A DNA stretch of 64,000 nt from Antedon mediterranea. Lineage: Eukaryota; Animalia; Echinodermata. Where the stretch lies: positions 8,866,001 through 8,930,000 of the forward strand of contig NC_092673.1 in NCBI RefSeq assembly GCF_964355755.1, written 5' to 3'. Each line of letters starts with the position of its first letter. Positions within the stretch are counted from its first letter, which is position 1. A program made the position numbers and the translations under genes. The notes under the pieces were generated by a model, which was not told the origin of the DNA, searched no databases, and saw nothing but the letters and a program-made list of their open reading frames with translations. Below, in pieces: positions 38,101 through 49,735 of this stretch.

Positions 38101-41100
38101 ATAGAAAGTTGATAAGCCAACGTAAGCAATGACATTCTACCGACGTTGCCCCAACACACTGTGCCAACGTCTGACGAACATGTTGGACCAACTAAGTGCG
38201 ATGAAAAAAATTAAGTCGCAAAAAGTTTATAATCCAATAGAAAAAATGACGTTTTACCGACGTTGCCCTAACACATTGTGCCAATGTCTGACCAACACGT
38301 TGGGCCCACTAAGGGGTCGATGTCGCATAAAGGTGTTAGGCCGACGTAACTTTTGAACATAAACCAATGTTGGCCCAACGTTTCATTGTTAGCTGGAACT
38401 CTCTTTTTTCTGAATGACCATTAGTGAAAGTGCTAGTAAATAGGCCTAACTCAGTAAGCTAGTCCATAGTGCTTGTTTACACTAATACCCACTTATGTCT
38501 TTTTTCTTCTCTTTTTTTTAGTGATGGACAAACACGCATAACTGACATTACGCACTTAAATAGGTCAGATGGATTCAGTTTCATGGCAACAGCAGATATC
38601 ATTACACCTTTGTCCTTTGAAAAACTTTCTTCTGAGCCAGCACAGAAGTATAACATTTGTGAGTTTACGAAAAAAACACATTTACAGCAGTCCACCACAT
38701 AGATAGCAAGTTTCTGATTATTTAAAAAAAAAAACATTATTCAAAAAATCAAGGTTAGTTTTCTTTGGGCCTGTTTCTGCTGCAACTACTCAAAATATGG
38801 TATAAAAATTATACCGTATTTTTTAGTACCCCGTTTCTGCTAACAATACTTCTTGGGTGGTCGTGTTAAAATTCATCCTTTTTACTCAAATTGCCATTAA
38901 TTTATTTGTTTGATAATTAAAAGTCGCAATACACAAAGTTTTACGCCTCACTTTCAAAAGCCTAGTGATAGAGATGTTGTGAGAGCACAGCTACAGTATT
39001 GCCCGATGTCCCAATATCCGGGCCAAAACATTGTAATGGGGGACAAGTAATTCGTTCCCTCCCCGAGTTGCAATGTTGTACTGCTTTCGCAGGCTCTTTA
39101 GCTTTGAGTTTGCTTGCTTTGGAGTCTATTCTGTACTCCTGCGCAATTTTTTTAGAAATATCTTTATAAATGTGGTTGTCCTTTTTATTACCTTTTAGTT
39201 GGCCGGACATTTTCCCTCCCCACACAGAATTATATAGTAAATACCGTAAAATCTTTGCTCCACATTTTCGCCGAATATATCTATACACGTGTGTAATATA
39301 GCTGACAGCGACAAAAAATAAAAACATGATGTTGACCTCATGTCGAAGTTTTTTTTTTAAATACGGTATTTTTTATTGGCACAGAAATGGTTACAGAAAA
39401 TACGGTATAAATTTGTAAATACCGTATTTTATCCACAAATTTTGTGGGGAAAATACGGTATACATAATACGGTATTTTTTTTTATGAGCGAAGTTTCTAC
39501 TGCCAAAAAAATACGGCAAAAAATATTTTCTTGGCAGCAGAAACAGAGCCCTAGAAACTCTGGTTTCCATAGATTGTTTATAAACAAGAGCCTTGCACAA
39601 GGTTTACCATAATATAATGGTTTCTTGAGTTTGGTTATTCTTAATTAATTCATTGTATCTACAAGGTAATCAAATATTTGCTTTTCATTCTACAAAAACG
39701 TTTTTTTGAAATGGTTGAATTGTTTGGAATTTTATCCTTTTTGTGAGGACAATTTTTAACCAGGAAAAAAAACATCTTTTTTTAATATTCTTGATAGAAA
39801 CAGGCCCTAACACCTCACTGATCAACCCCGCCCAACCCAACACCACACAATGGGGCTCACACACACAAAACAATGTTGACACACCAGTGTGTATATTCTT
39901 GAGAATTGTATTATTTTGCTTGTAGCTGTATCAGGTGATGGCTCACAACTTCAACTACAACTTCAAGGAGTAATAGGTAAATATTGGATGATTAATGATA
40001 TCAATTCTTATATTGCTCTTGGCACCAAATGTATGTTGTACATTGATCGAAAGTGAGTGCATCATATCACAATATGAAAATATCAATGGTATTTATAGAG
40101 GGCCACTTAAATTATTAGAATCGACTTGTTTTTCAAATTTTTAACCGTTTAAAAATGACAAAAATATTGCAATAGGTCCATATAGTATTTATTTGTAGTG
40201 TGTGAACTTAAATTATTGCATTGCATAAGTCATTAGTGGCTTTTTTAAGAAATAAGAGATAGCAGTGAAATTGTAACGATTGTAATGCAAACTAATCACT
40301 GCAGAACGAGCTACTGTAATTAAAATTGCATAGCTTTTGTAATTAATACTGCCTGCATGTATGTATGGAATTATTATCTATTCAAGATTGAATTGTTGAG
40401 TCATGACTTCCCTCGCATTACAGTAATTGGCAAAGTTTTATCCTATATTATTTACATCAGATGATATAATGCTTTTGTAAACAGGGGCACTTAATTATTG
40501 ATTAGCATTATGCAGATTTTCTCCTAAAGGTTTCTTTCTGATATTTGATTCCAGATCAATCAGATGGGTGGCAGCAAGGAAGCGTGGGTAAAACTATCAT
40601 CCAGCCAGGACTTTCCAGCATTCTCATCTTATCAGTAGAGAATGAAGCAGTGGCTTTTGGTACATCTGTACTGCCCTCACTTGTTCATTCAGATTATCAT
40701 GCTGGTCAATGGTTTATGCACAATTCACCAGGTAACATTTGTAAAGATAAGCTAGTTTTTCTCTAATGGGATGTGTTTTAAGTTTAGACAAAAGTTAAAC
40801 TGTGAAAGAAATATCAATTATGATTTCCTTATAGTTGGAAGGTCAAGCAGTATATCTGAAGAGTTATGTCACCATCAGTTGATACTTGATGACACCATTG
40901 CTAAAAATAGACTCATCTACCTTGATATAGGAGACAGCTATAAGTTTACTATTACTGCTATCAGTTTTAAAAAAGGTACCTTTACGAACAATCAGTAATT
41001 TTGGTTTTTATGTTTTTCTACACAAACATAACATTCTAAACTAAATTCTAACAACTAAAAATCAAAATTACACTAGTAAAAAATGTGAAGGAGGAGGCCA

Positions 41101-44100
41101 AAATAAGTGACAAGAGAGAGAGACAAACTTTAAGTAATTAAATAAAGGTTGTATGTTTAGCTTAGAACAACCTGCGACAAATGCTACATTTCATTTGTTT
41201 ATATTATTGTTGTTTTTTTTCAAATATTTCACATTGTATGTAAACTGTTTCATACTACATGCCAAAGGGAGGCTACCAAATCAAGTGGGCTGCCGATTTT
41301 TTACTTTTCCTACCACCAACCGATTTAGTCCCTTGTTTCTACTGCTTTCTTTAAAAAAGTTATATTTTCATACAGATTTTCAATTTAAAATTGAAAATAT
41401 AATGTCAGTGCTTTTATATAATTAAATTTCTGAATTAACATGATCCAGGTCCTATTTATTTATAGGCCTGTCTTCGTCATCATTTTTGTAATCATTTTGT
41501 AATAAATAGCAACACAAATATTTTTTAGTTTTTGTACCTTCAGACTCTTTCTAAAGGCTTGTTTTAATAAAAGATTGGTGAGAGGCTGGCTGTGTGGAAA
41601 CCAAAATGTTTTTATTCTTAAATGTTAGCAAGTATCATGCTGTTTCTGTTCACAATCCTTCAGTGGGACAACACAACCTTTAAACTGTTTTTTTATTTTT
41701 TCAGGGTATATACAAAAATCTGATAAACGTCTAATGAAGTTGACTATAAGTAACCATTATATAATTTATGTTGTGCCAGAGTATCAAAGAAGTAGCCTTG
41801 GAATAGAGACACTCACAGTCAATGTACGCAATCATATAAACCAACAGGTAGGCCTATGTATTAATATTCAACTTTTCATGTTTATTCATTATAAAAAGAT
41901 TGCTAAGTATATCATTTGATATTTTAAGATATTTTGTGTTCAATCAACTCTGAATTGAGAATTACACCACATTACAAGTTTGGTAAAAACGTGCAGAGTT
42001 AATCTGGATTCATGTCACCATGTAATGTTGTGTAATCATACCCAAGATGCAGAAATGCAAAAGGTGCATATTAAGAGCCATTGTCTGTAAAAATCAAAGA
42101 TTTGGTGGCAGATGTAAAAAAATGGATTTCTCTCAAATTTTTACCATGAATAGACATTTCAATAAAAAGCATATCTACAACATTCATTTTATTTTTTAGC
42201 CTCCGTTGCCATGACAACGGTCAATTATCCAAATTTTGATGTTTTTGCCATTTTTCACAGATTTTCTATAGTGAAAAAGTACAAACTTGTATACTTATTT
42301 TAACCAAAAATACTTACAGTATACAGTTTTTGTTTATAGCAGTGTAAACAACATGTATTGAGTTCCATTTAATGTAGAAAAAAAATAAATTACAAAATGG
42401 AGTTTGGTTGATACCATAATTTTAAAAAGGGGTGTTTTTAAAAAATATTTTTTTTATAAAAGTATACCTCATAAACGTACCTATAACTTCCAAAGTGGTG
42501 TTTTTAAATCAATGAGGTTTTTTAATTTGATAGTCAATAGGTTTGTCAACAATAATCACGAAAAAAACACTGGGGTAAATTTCGTACATAGGTTTTGTGT
42601 TGCCAGGAAAATACGAAAAAGACAAAAAATATAACAAAATATCAACAAACAAAACACATGAAACACAATTTAAATATGGCTAATCCAATAATAAAATTTA
42701 TATGTGGCTTGTCATAATGCTACTAGAGTCATACGAATAGTTTAGATAAAATAGGAGAATGTGTTGCCAGGTTTATTTCAATTAATTGCCAGAAAAACAG
42801 TATTTTGCATTGAAATATTTAGTTGATGGAAAATAATGTTAAACTTGGAAATAATTGCGTCAATGGTTTTTATAAATTTTAAAATCTATTTTGTGTAAAG
42901 AGATACAGAAAGACCTCCCAAAAAATCTGACCTTGTAAATAGGTCATTTGAGGTCAAAAGGGGTCAGAATGCAAAACAGGACAGGTCCCCACTTTACTAC
43001 AACTATTAATGTTTTATCAAAATTTACAAGATAGTTCATAACAATTCTCAACAATTTTCATATTTTACCTATAGTGTTACCTTAGCAACCATTTCTATGT
43101 GTAACTAAGGAAAGTAATTTAAAAAAAACGTAAAAAATGGCGTTTTTATAAATACAAAGAATTGATTGCATTTGTAATTTTTCTCAATTTTACTTCTACT
43201 GCATTCCATTAATGACAAACCTGACCTTGTAAATTCATTCATTTTGAGGTCAACATTTTACCATAGTAACTGTTTCTATGCCAAAATTTCAAAAAAAATA
43301 AGGGGTTTTTCATAAATACAAAACATTTTTTCTACATAGTTTTCCATTTCTACTTATTGCCAAATTTACTTTAGATACTGAATCCTAATAATCTCAGAAA
43401 GAAAGTCTTGACGAATCTGAATAAAGGTAAAAAAAATGACCTTTAGTGTTATCTTAAACCTGTTTACGTAACAAATGATATTAAAAAAAAAAAAATTAAA
43501 TATGGAGTTTCATGAAAAAAAAAAATTTTTACATATTGAGGTCAAATGACATCAACATTTTACCTATAGTGTATTGTAGCAACTGTTTCTATACTAACTA
43601 AGTACAATATTTTTAATTTGGGGTTTCATGACTACAAACAATTGATTACATAGCTTTACTACCTTTTCCCAAATTTACTTATCTACTGAATCCCAGAAAA
43701 TGTCTGACCTTGTGAAAGGGTCATTTGTTGGGTCAAGTTATGTCAAAATGTATTATTTATGTTATCTTAGAACCTGTTTCTATGCATAACTAAGGATAAT
43801 TGTTTTTTTAAATACAGTAAGTGGCCACCCTCGGGACCTGGAAAAGTGGCCGCTTACGGGCGGTGACCCCTTACGGGAGGTTCTGCCGATAAAGGGCCAA
43901 AATCACTTATTATGGCTATATACGATATTCTTAACGAAACGAGCCTCTCAATTTTCCAGCTAATTGTAGGCCTATTATTATTTATAATCATGTGGTTTAG
44001 TATTTTTTAGCATTTTCAGACAAATTTTAAAAACTTTTATCATATGAAAAATTCGGTCAAAATCTGTGTAGTTTTCTCATCTCTTCACAGTAATGTTTTT

Positions 44101-47100
44101 AAAACCTCTTCAAAATAAAGCTAATATATAAAGAAATACAATAAACATGCACCTCTAATTCATAGGTCCATGCAATAAGTATCACATTTTTCGATTGGCC
44201 GCTTACAAAAAATCTCATTTTTAGTTTAAAAAGGTGCCCGCAGCTGCTTACGGTAAGCACAAAATGCACTAATTAGATAGGAAGAACAAACAGGCTTTTC
44301 AAAGTGCATCCGTTAAGGGAGGTGGCCGCTGTAAATAAAATATGGGGTTTTCATGAATAAAAATAATCACAGAAGAAAGTGCTTACGAATATGACCTTGT
44401 GAAACGGTAATTTGAAAATGCAAATAAGGCATGCCTGCTAATAATCTACAAATTTAAATTTGTATGAGATAAATATGCAAAATCTAAAGAATATCTCATT
44501 TTTAGTTACCATAGTAACTGTTGCTATGTATAACTAAGGGAAATTAAATAATTATCAGATAATTATTAATTAATAATTAATACTGAATCCAACCATCACA
44601 GTAAAAAAATATAGAATTTAAAACCAATTTTTAATAATAACGTGTGATATTTTACATGCTGACCTTAAATGAAATGTCAATATTTGTTATGTAGCATTAA
44701 CATACCTGAGTATATCATTGACTTTTGATTGGTTCTATTTTGGGGAGGGGAAAGTGGTGGATCCAGGACTTTTAAATAGTTAGGGGGTTGAAGGCGAGGG
44801 TCTAAAAACTTAACTTTATGTCCTATCTTTTGCATTGCCATTTTTAACTTGGGGCGGATGGGGGCTTGGAGAAAGGGGGAGGGGGTGGGATGGAGGAGTT
44901 TGAATCCGTTTATTTGTTGGGGCGATGGTAGCGGCAGTTTGGGTGGTGCTTGAATGCATGCATTTGACACTCTATAGTGGATGATCGACCAAAGTGTTGC
45001 AGTTTATCTTTTTGTGGTTATAGTCGGGGGGGGGGGGGGGGGGGGGTGGTAGTCGAAAGTGGTGGTGGATGGGCATGTGGGATCTGCTTAGGTTAGCAAA
45101 TAAAAGAAGTAAACAAATGAAAGAGGAGCTTCAAAATAAGAGAGGAGTAATCTGTTGCAAAGATTAAAATTCACAACGATCTGATAATTTATTCAAATTT
45201 CCAGAGGATATAATCTATAAAACGACATTAAAACTGGGAATTACAGAATCTATAATTAAAAATTAATTTTTTTTTCTCACAACACAACTAGAACTATATA
45301 AAACATTAAGAATTTTTCTGACCAATGAGTTTCAAATCAAATAATCAAAGAAAATAAAATGTTTTTACTAATATACCATGTTTTTTTTAAATAAAAATGC
45401 CTCTGTTTCTCGCAACACTGCTTGTAGATTTTAAATTTACCCCAGTATTTTATTTTAGAAATCAATTATTAAACATTAGAACTACCTATTTGTAATAAAT
45501 CAGCTAAAAAAATACACCACTTTGGGCGTTATGGTGAAGTAAAGTTTAGTTGCATTGAACAATTTAAAAAAAGTGAAAAACACCCCTTTTTAAATAAATG
45601 GTATCTCCCAAAGTATGAAATAAAAAAAAATAAAAAATTTGAAACAGGTACACAATGCATTGTTATTATGCATACACTAATTTTTTTTTTTAATTAAATG
45701 AACAACACAAAAATATCGTTCATCAAAGTAGTACCAATATCCATTTTAAAAAACCTTAAAAAGGGACAAAATTTGTCAAAAACACAAATTTGGCCGTTGC
45801 CATGGAAATATACGTGTGAAATAAAAAATACTTCATATTTGATTTCTCTCAACACATATATAGCCATGTGCAAAATTTGAAAGAAATCCATTTTTTTGAG
45901 TCTGCCACTCTTTTTGATATTTCTTTGATTCTTACAGACAATGGCTCTTAAATAGTCATTAAACCACTCTGGGTAACTATGCATAAAATGCCGGTAATAT
46001 TAATATGGATTAACATTATATTAAGCAGTGTAATTAAATGCAACCAATGTCAGTCCCATGTTACTGAATAGGGAGCTCCTGATTGTGATGAACTTACCAG
46101 GTTAGTTCAATTGATTTGTCATTTGTCATTGCCTGGACCTAGAAACTATGAAAACTGTGAACAATGAATTCCATGATGTTGGTCGTCACAAATCAAAAGA
46201 GCAGTAATAACAGATAAAGAAGAAATTATCCGTAACACGGAAATGGATTGCTTTAAGCTTTGCAGTTTAAAAGTGTTGTGTATTGTACATTTTTATAATA
46301 ATTTAATTGATGTGTTAAGTGACAAGTACTTGATTAAAGACTGTTACATTTGTTTACTAATATTATTATAGTAGTAGTATTAATAGTACCATCGATTTAT
46401 CTTTTTAAGGGCTCATCCACAATTCTCATCCAGCTTCCAGATTCTTCACTCAATTGTCCTCTAAACTCATTCTCAGTTCATTTCATTTGTGGTTGCCCAG
46501 CAACAAAACATCTTCATTACCTGCAAACACCAGAGTTGACAATAAGAGAGTTTATACAGGGTGACAAAAGAGATGATAAAGATCTTCCAATCTTACAAAG
46601 TCTCCCGGTAAAAACCATCATTCTATATTATTAAAGCAAATATCCACATTTAGATAGAATTGTCTTTAACACTTTGACTGCCAAACACGAAGATCTTCGT
46701 GTTTGGAAACACAACGCTTGACTGCCAAACACGAAGATCTTCGTGTTCCGGTAGATAGGTTAATTATTGGTATATACTATAAATATGGACACTGTGTTCG
46801 GTCTGGACCGTCAATATTTTACTATTTGACAGTAACTAATCTGATTACGAACGACTGTCAAAATGGTACCTGTCGAAATAACATACACCGCGCATCACAG
46901 TAGCGCGTAGAGCGATTGCTTGGCGCATTGTGTATCGGTCGCGCGCTAGCTATGCCGCCGAAGCATTACAAATAGTCAGGTGGCTTAGCAACAACTTTCA
47001 GGATTAACGTTACCGGTTTTTGTGGATTGGCATGTTTGTTTGCTATCTGAATAAAAAATAATGGAGTCATTTTCAATATGAAGTAATGAATTTTATTATT

Positions 47101-49735
47101 GTATGTATACCCTAATTGTTTTGGTGTTTCACTGTAAGTGACCGAGTTTCACGCAACAAACTTGTTTAGAAATGGTATGAATATTATCATCAGTTTACTA
47201 GATTTATGATTTATAAAATGTAATACATTTTTCGATAGTGATAACTTGTTTTTATAGGCCTATCGGTGCCGTGTAAGTAACTTTTTGTTGTTTGTTGATC
47301 TCACCGGGCGATATTTTCATATTGTGATGTCTTGCACAAAATCGCGAATATCTTGACTTTTTGCGCGAAACTACGAAAAACTCAAAAAGTGGGTTACCAT
47401 TATTTTACTATTACGATTTACATATTGCGATTTGAAAATCGTTCTTGGTACCATTGTAAAGCTAAAATCTTTATGATTATTTTAGTCTAAATTACATATA
47501 AATCAGATCACATACATAGTTTCAATCGGCTTTAATAAAAACATCAAATTGGTCTAAAAACGCTGGCGGTGGCAGTTTCTAACTGGAAAAACCTCTGGCA
47601 GTCAAAGTGTTAAGTGACATCATCTTACTATTTAATGACCATGCTGTAAACAAGTTATTTTACAGGTTATCCTTGTATTCTGTAATTGTAAACAATCTTC
47701 AATACAGTCAAATACTAGTGTTTACTTATATTTTTATTCTAATAGTAACTTTAATACTATTATAATAATTTTCAGGCTAATTACCGTCCACCATCTGTCA
47801 AAGGTGTTGCAATTCCATTGAGTGACAACATATACAATGCTGACCCATCACTCCCTATAAAAAGATCCAAGTACCAGATCTCTAAGGTAATTATGACTGT
47901 CACTAAAAGTTTATGAATTTATACAGATATGAATTTTATTTACTGTATTAACACTTTCTAAATCCTGAATTTGTGAGTGAACACAGACTTAAATCACATT
48001 TATTCACAGTAACATCACCAGTGATATATATAACTACTTTTTCCTCAGAACTAGATAAATAAATAATATTTTGACATAATTATATGAAATGGCAGTTAAA
48101 ACAATTACAAACTATTAGCTTTACTACAATAATGAATATGGTTTTCTACAAGTTTGTTTATGATTGTAGGAATCTGGTTCATTTAAGCAATGTACCAATG
48201 CTAGAGACCATGCTGACTGTAACTGTACTGATGAGTTGAAGTTTTCATCATTGGTTCGAAATTCTGATTGTAAAGATAAGGTACTTAATAATAATCATTC
48301 TCGGTTTGATTGCCAGGTCTATATATAGAGCAATAGTTCTTTTAATTCATCATATCTTTTAAGTGTTGTTTGCACAATCGAAATGTTTTGTTCTGTGATG
48401 AAATTTAATCAAACATGATATAAATCTGGCAGTGATCTGACATCGTCAAGATCATTGTGGTTTAGTGATTAATTCGCAGACTCCACAATCTATTCATAGA
48501 ACTATAATATAATTGTACACTGTTACTTTTTATTTAGTCGTCTCCTTTAAATCTGAAGCAGGTTTTAATGCACTGAGTTCAGTTTGTTTACATGATGGCT
48601 TTGATGTTTCACCTTTAAACCCAATCTATTTTGGTGCACCATGCAAAAAGCATAATTGAATAAATATCTCACTTCACAAATGATATTTTCTTAAGGTGTA
48701 TCGATTGCTATATCCAGGTCGTTTAGAACCAAGATTTGTTATCCGACAGAATGATCAGGATGATATTGCTTTGAATGGCTCATATGCTGTCTCCCTTACA
48801 GAGATCAATAACAGAAACGATTTCACATTTAAAAGTGAGTAATACATTTTACTAATAATAATAACTACTGCTGAAATTAAGTATAATATTTTATTTAGTG
48901 AATGTTGTGGCTTCATAGGAGCATTATTTAGCAATTATTAATACAAACTTTGAATGTCTGAATTATATTTTATCATCATAGATGTACCTACTCCAAGTTT
49001 GAAAGCCATGAAAGTTGACCCCAATATTCAAGATAGTGAAACTTTTCTCACACCAGATACAATAAAAATTACATTACTGGTATGAATATACAATTTTTCA
49101 TACATTTTATGACTGGCTCTATATTTTTGATAAATTGTTTGCAGCGTACCATAGTCTTCCTGATTGTAGTGGCTAAACATTATTTTGTATGATTCGTTTT
49201 TTTAAAGGGTTCTGAGCTATATCATTTCAAGGTAACTGTCGTTCATGGCTTCTCGTACTGCCCTCTAGAGGATGAATTTCAGGTACTATACACTGGTTTG
49301 TTCATTGATGAATTTGTATTATATTTTCGGTAAATGTTTTAACATCTCAACATAATATTTATACATAAAATATTTGTAGAGCATAAAATATATGTTTGAC
49401 CAAAAAACAATGCTAACGTTGAACAATCGGCCAATTAATAGTAAAAAACTTCAATTCCCCTCTGATATTATTTTAAACCAGTTTAGTTTAATACTCGGAT
49501 TAGTTTTTGGAAATGGAAAATTATTATTATATTGTGTATTTTATTTTAGGTGTATGTTGATATGGCACCACTGCCTAATCCTATATCACTTGTCATCATT
49601 GTTATGACAAGCATTCTCATTGGTGGAATCATGTTTGCTGTTTACCTTGTTTACCTAAAACATCATTTTACGTATCGACCACGTAAACATGGTTCACAGT
49701 GCTGGCATCCTCACCAAGTAACAAGTACCCATTAA
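26193..49735 (+). CDS. CATSPERB: Cation channel sperm-associated auxiliary subunit beta (CatSper-beta); start-codon exon not resolved (probably ~25.9-26.15 kb)
   Basis: 26 hand-spliced exons: 26193-26272, 26775-26924, 27309-27375, 27550-27639, 29857-30000, 31184-31267, 32725-32846, 33475-33589, 33998-34041, 34906-35040, 35471-35635, 35873-36017, 37368-37519, 37791-37930, 38522-38658, 39926-39976, 40555-40731, 40835-40975, 41705-41847, 46410-46607, 47776-47886, 48170-48280, 48696-48834, 48982-49079, 49208-49282, 49550-49735. Motifs recognised from vertebrate CatSper-beta, in collinear order: EAILQWHLGEV, PRTHIVYAVGSQIWVSDD, LPANYRPPS..GVAIPLSDNIYNADPS, SGSFKQC..CNCT..SDCKDKV, GSELYHFKVTV, EFQVYVDMAPLP followed by a single TM helix. 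Confidence 0.9.
29560..29770 (+). mobile_element. LINE apurinic-type endonuclease fragment (CATSPERB intron)
   Basis: Translation ESIFVEMIKPNTNNIIIGTIYRAPS matches the EN-domain motif of CR1/L2-group LINEs (compare ESLWINI..PILIGTCYRP at 57.5 kb). Confidence 0.65.
31875..32600 (+). mobile_element. Possible non-autonomous Helitron-like element
   Basis: 3' hairpin ggtgggacgagc...gctcaccc followed by CTAGT at ~32595; shares ggcc aaaatggcccacttt with the 7.5-8.2 kb element. The 5' boundary is uncertain. Confidence 0.4.
32968..33319 (+). mobile_element. tRNA-derived SINE with a Deu/Nin-like central domain
   Basis: Pol III A box TGGCCGAGCGG and B box GGTTCGAGGCC. The central ggataaggactataaaccgtaggtcc...aaagaaccc...ttcgaaaaagagtagggg..ccccggtg resembles the DeuSINE core as I recall it. 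(AAAAT)n tail. Confidence 0.75.
36161..36752. mobile_element. TTAA-flanked MITE (Kolobok-like)
   Basis: TTAA|agaccccttacctac ... gtagggtagggatct|TTAA; imperfect TIRs beginning with AG. Confidence 0.65.
36757..36918. mobile_element. Second short TTAA-flanked MITE directly adjacent to the previous one
   Basis: TTAA|agatgacctgaa ... ttcaggtcacct|TTAA; shares the TTAA at 36753-36756 with the previous element. Confidence 0.6.
38115..38397. mobile_element. Fragment of a DNA-transposon-derived repeat with internal direct repeats
   Basis: Two copies of aatgac..ttaccgacgttgcc..aacaca..gtgccaa.gtctgac about 117 bp apart; ends in tgttagctgg. Confidence 0.45.
38767..39551. mobile_element. MITE with GGGC... 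termini (PIF/Harbinger-like)
   Basis: TIRs gggcctgtttctgctgcaa / ttggcagcagaaacagagccc; subterminal aataccgtatt/aatacggtatt repeats. No clear TSD. Confidence 0.6.
42075..45947. mobile_element. ~3.9-kb non-autonomous TTAA-flanked element (Kolobok-like) with long imperfect TIRs and nested insertions
   Basis: TTAA|gagccattgtctgtaa...tggcaga...aaaaaaatggatttct at the left end mirrors agaaatccattttttt...tctgcca...ttacagacaatggctc|TTAA at the right end. Inverted similarity continues for several hundred bp (aaaaaggggtgttttt / aaaaacaccccttttt; aaagtggtgt / acaccacttt). Confidence 0.75.
43813..44333. mobile_element. Nested Tc1/mariner-pogo-like MITE
   Basis: TA|cagtaagtggccacc ... ggtggccgctg|TA with repeated gtggccgcttacgg subterminal motifs. 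Confidence 0.55.
46670..47609. mobile_element. piggyBac-like MITE
   Basis: TTAA|cactttgactgcca ... tggcagtcaaagtg|TTAA: perfect 14-bp TIR with TTAA target duplication. There is an internal duplication of ttgactgccaaacacgaagatcttcgtgtt. Confidence 0.85.
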
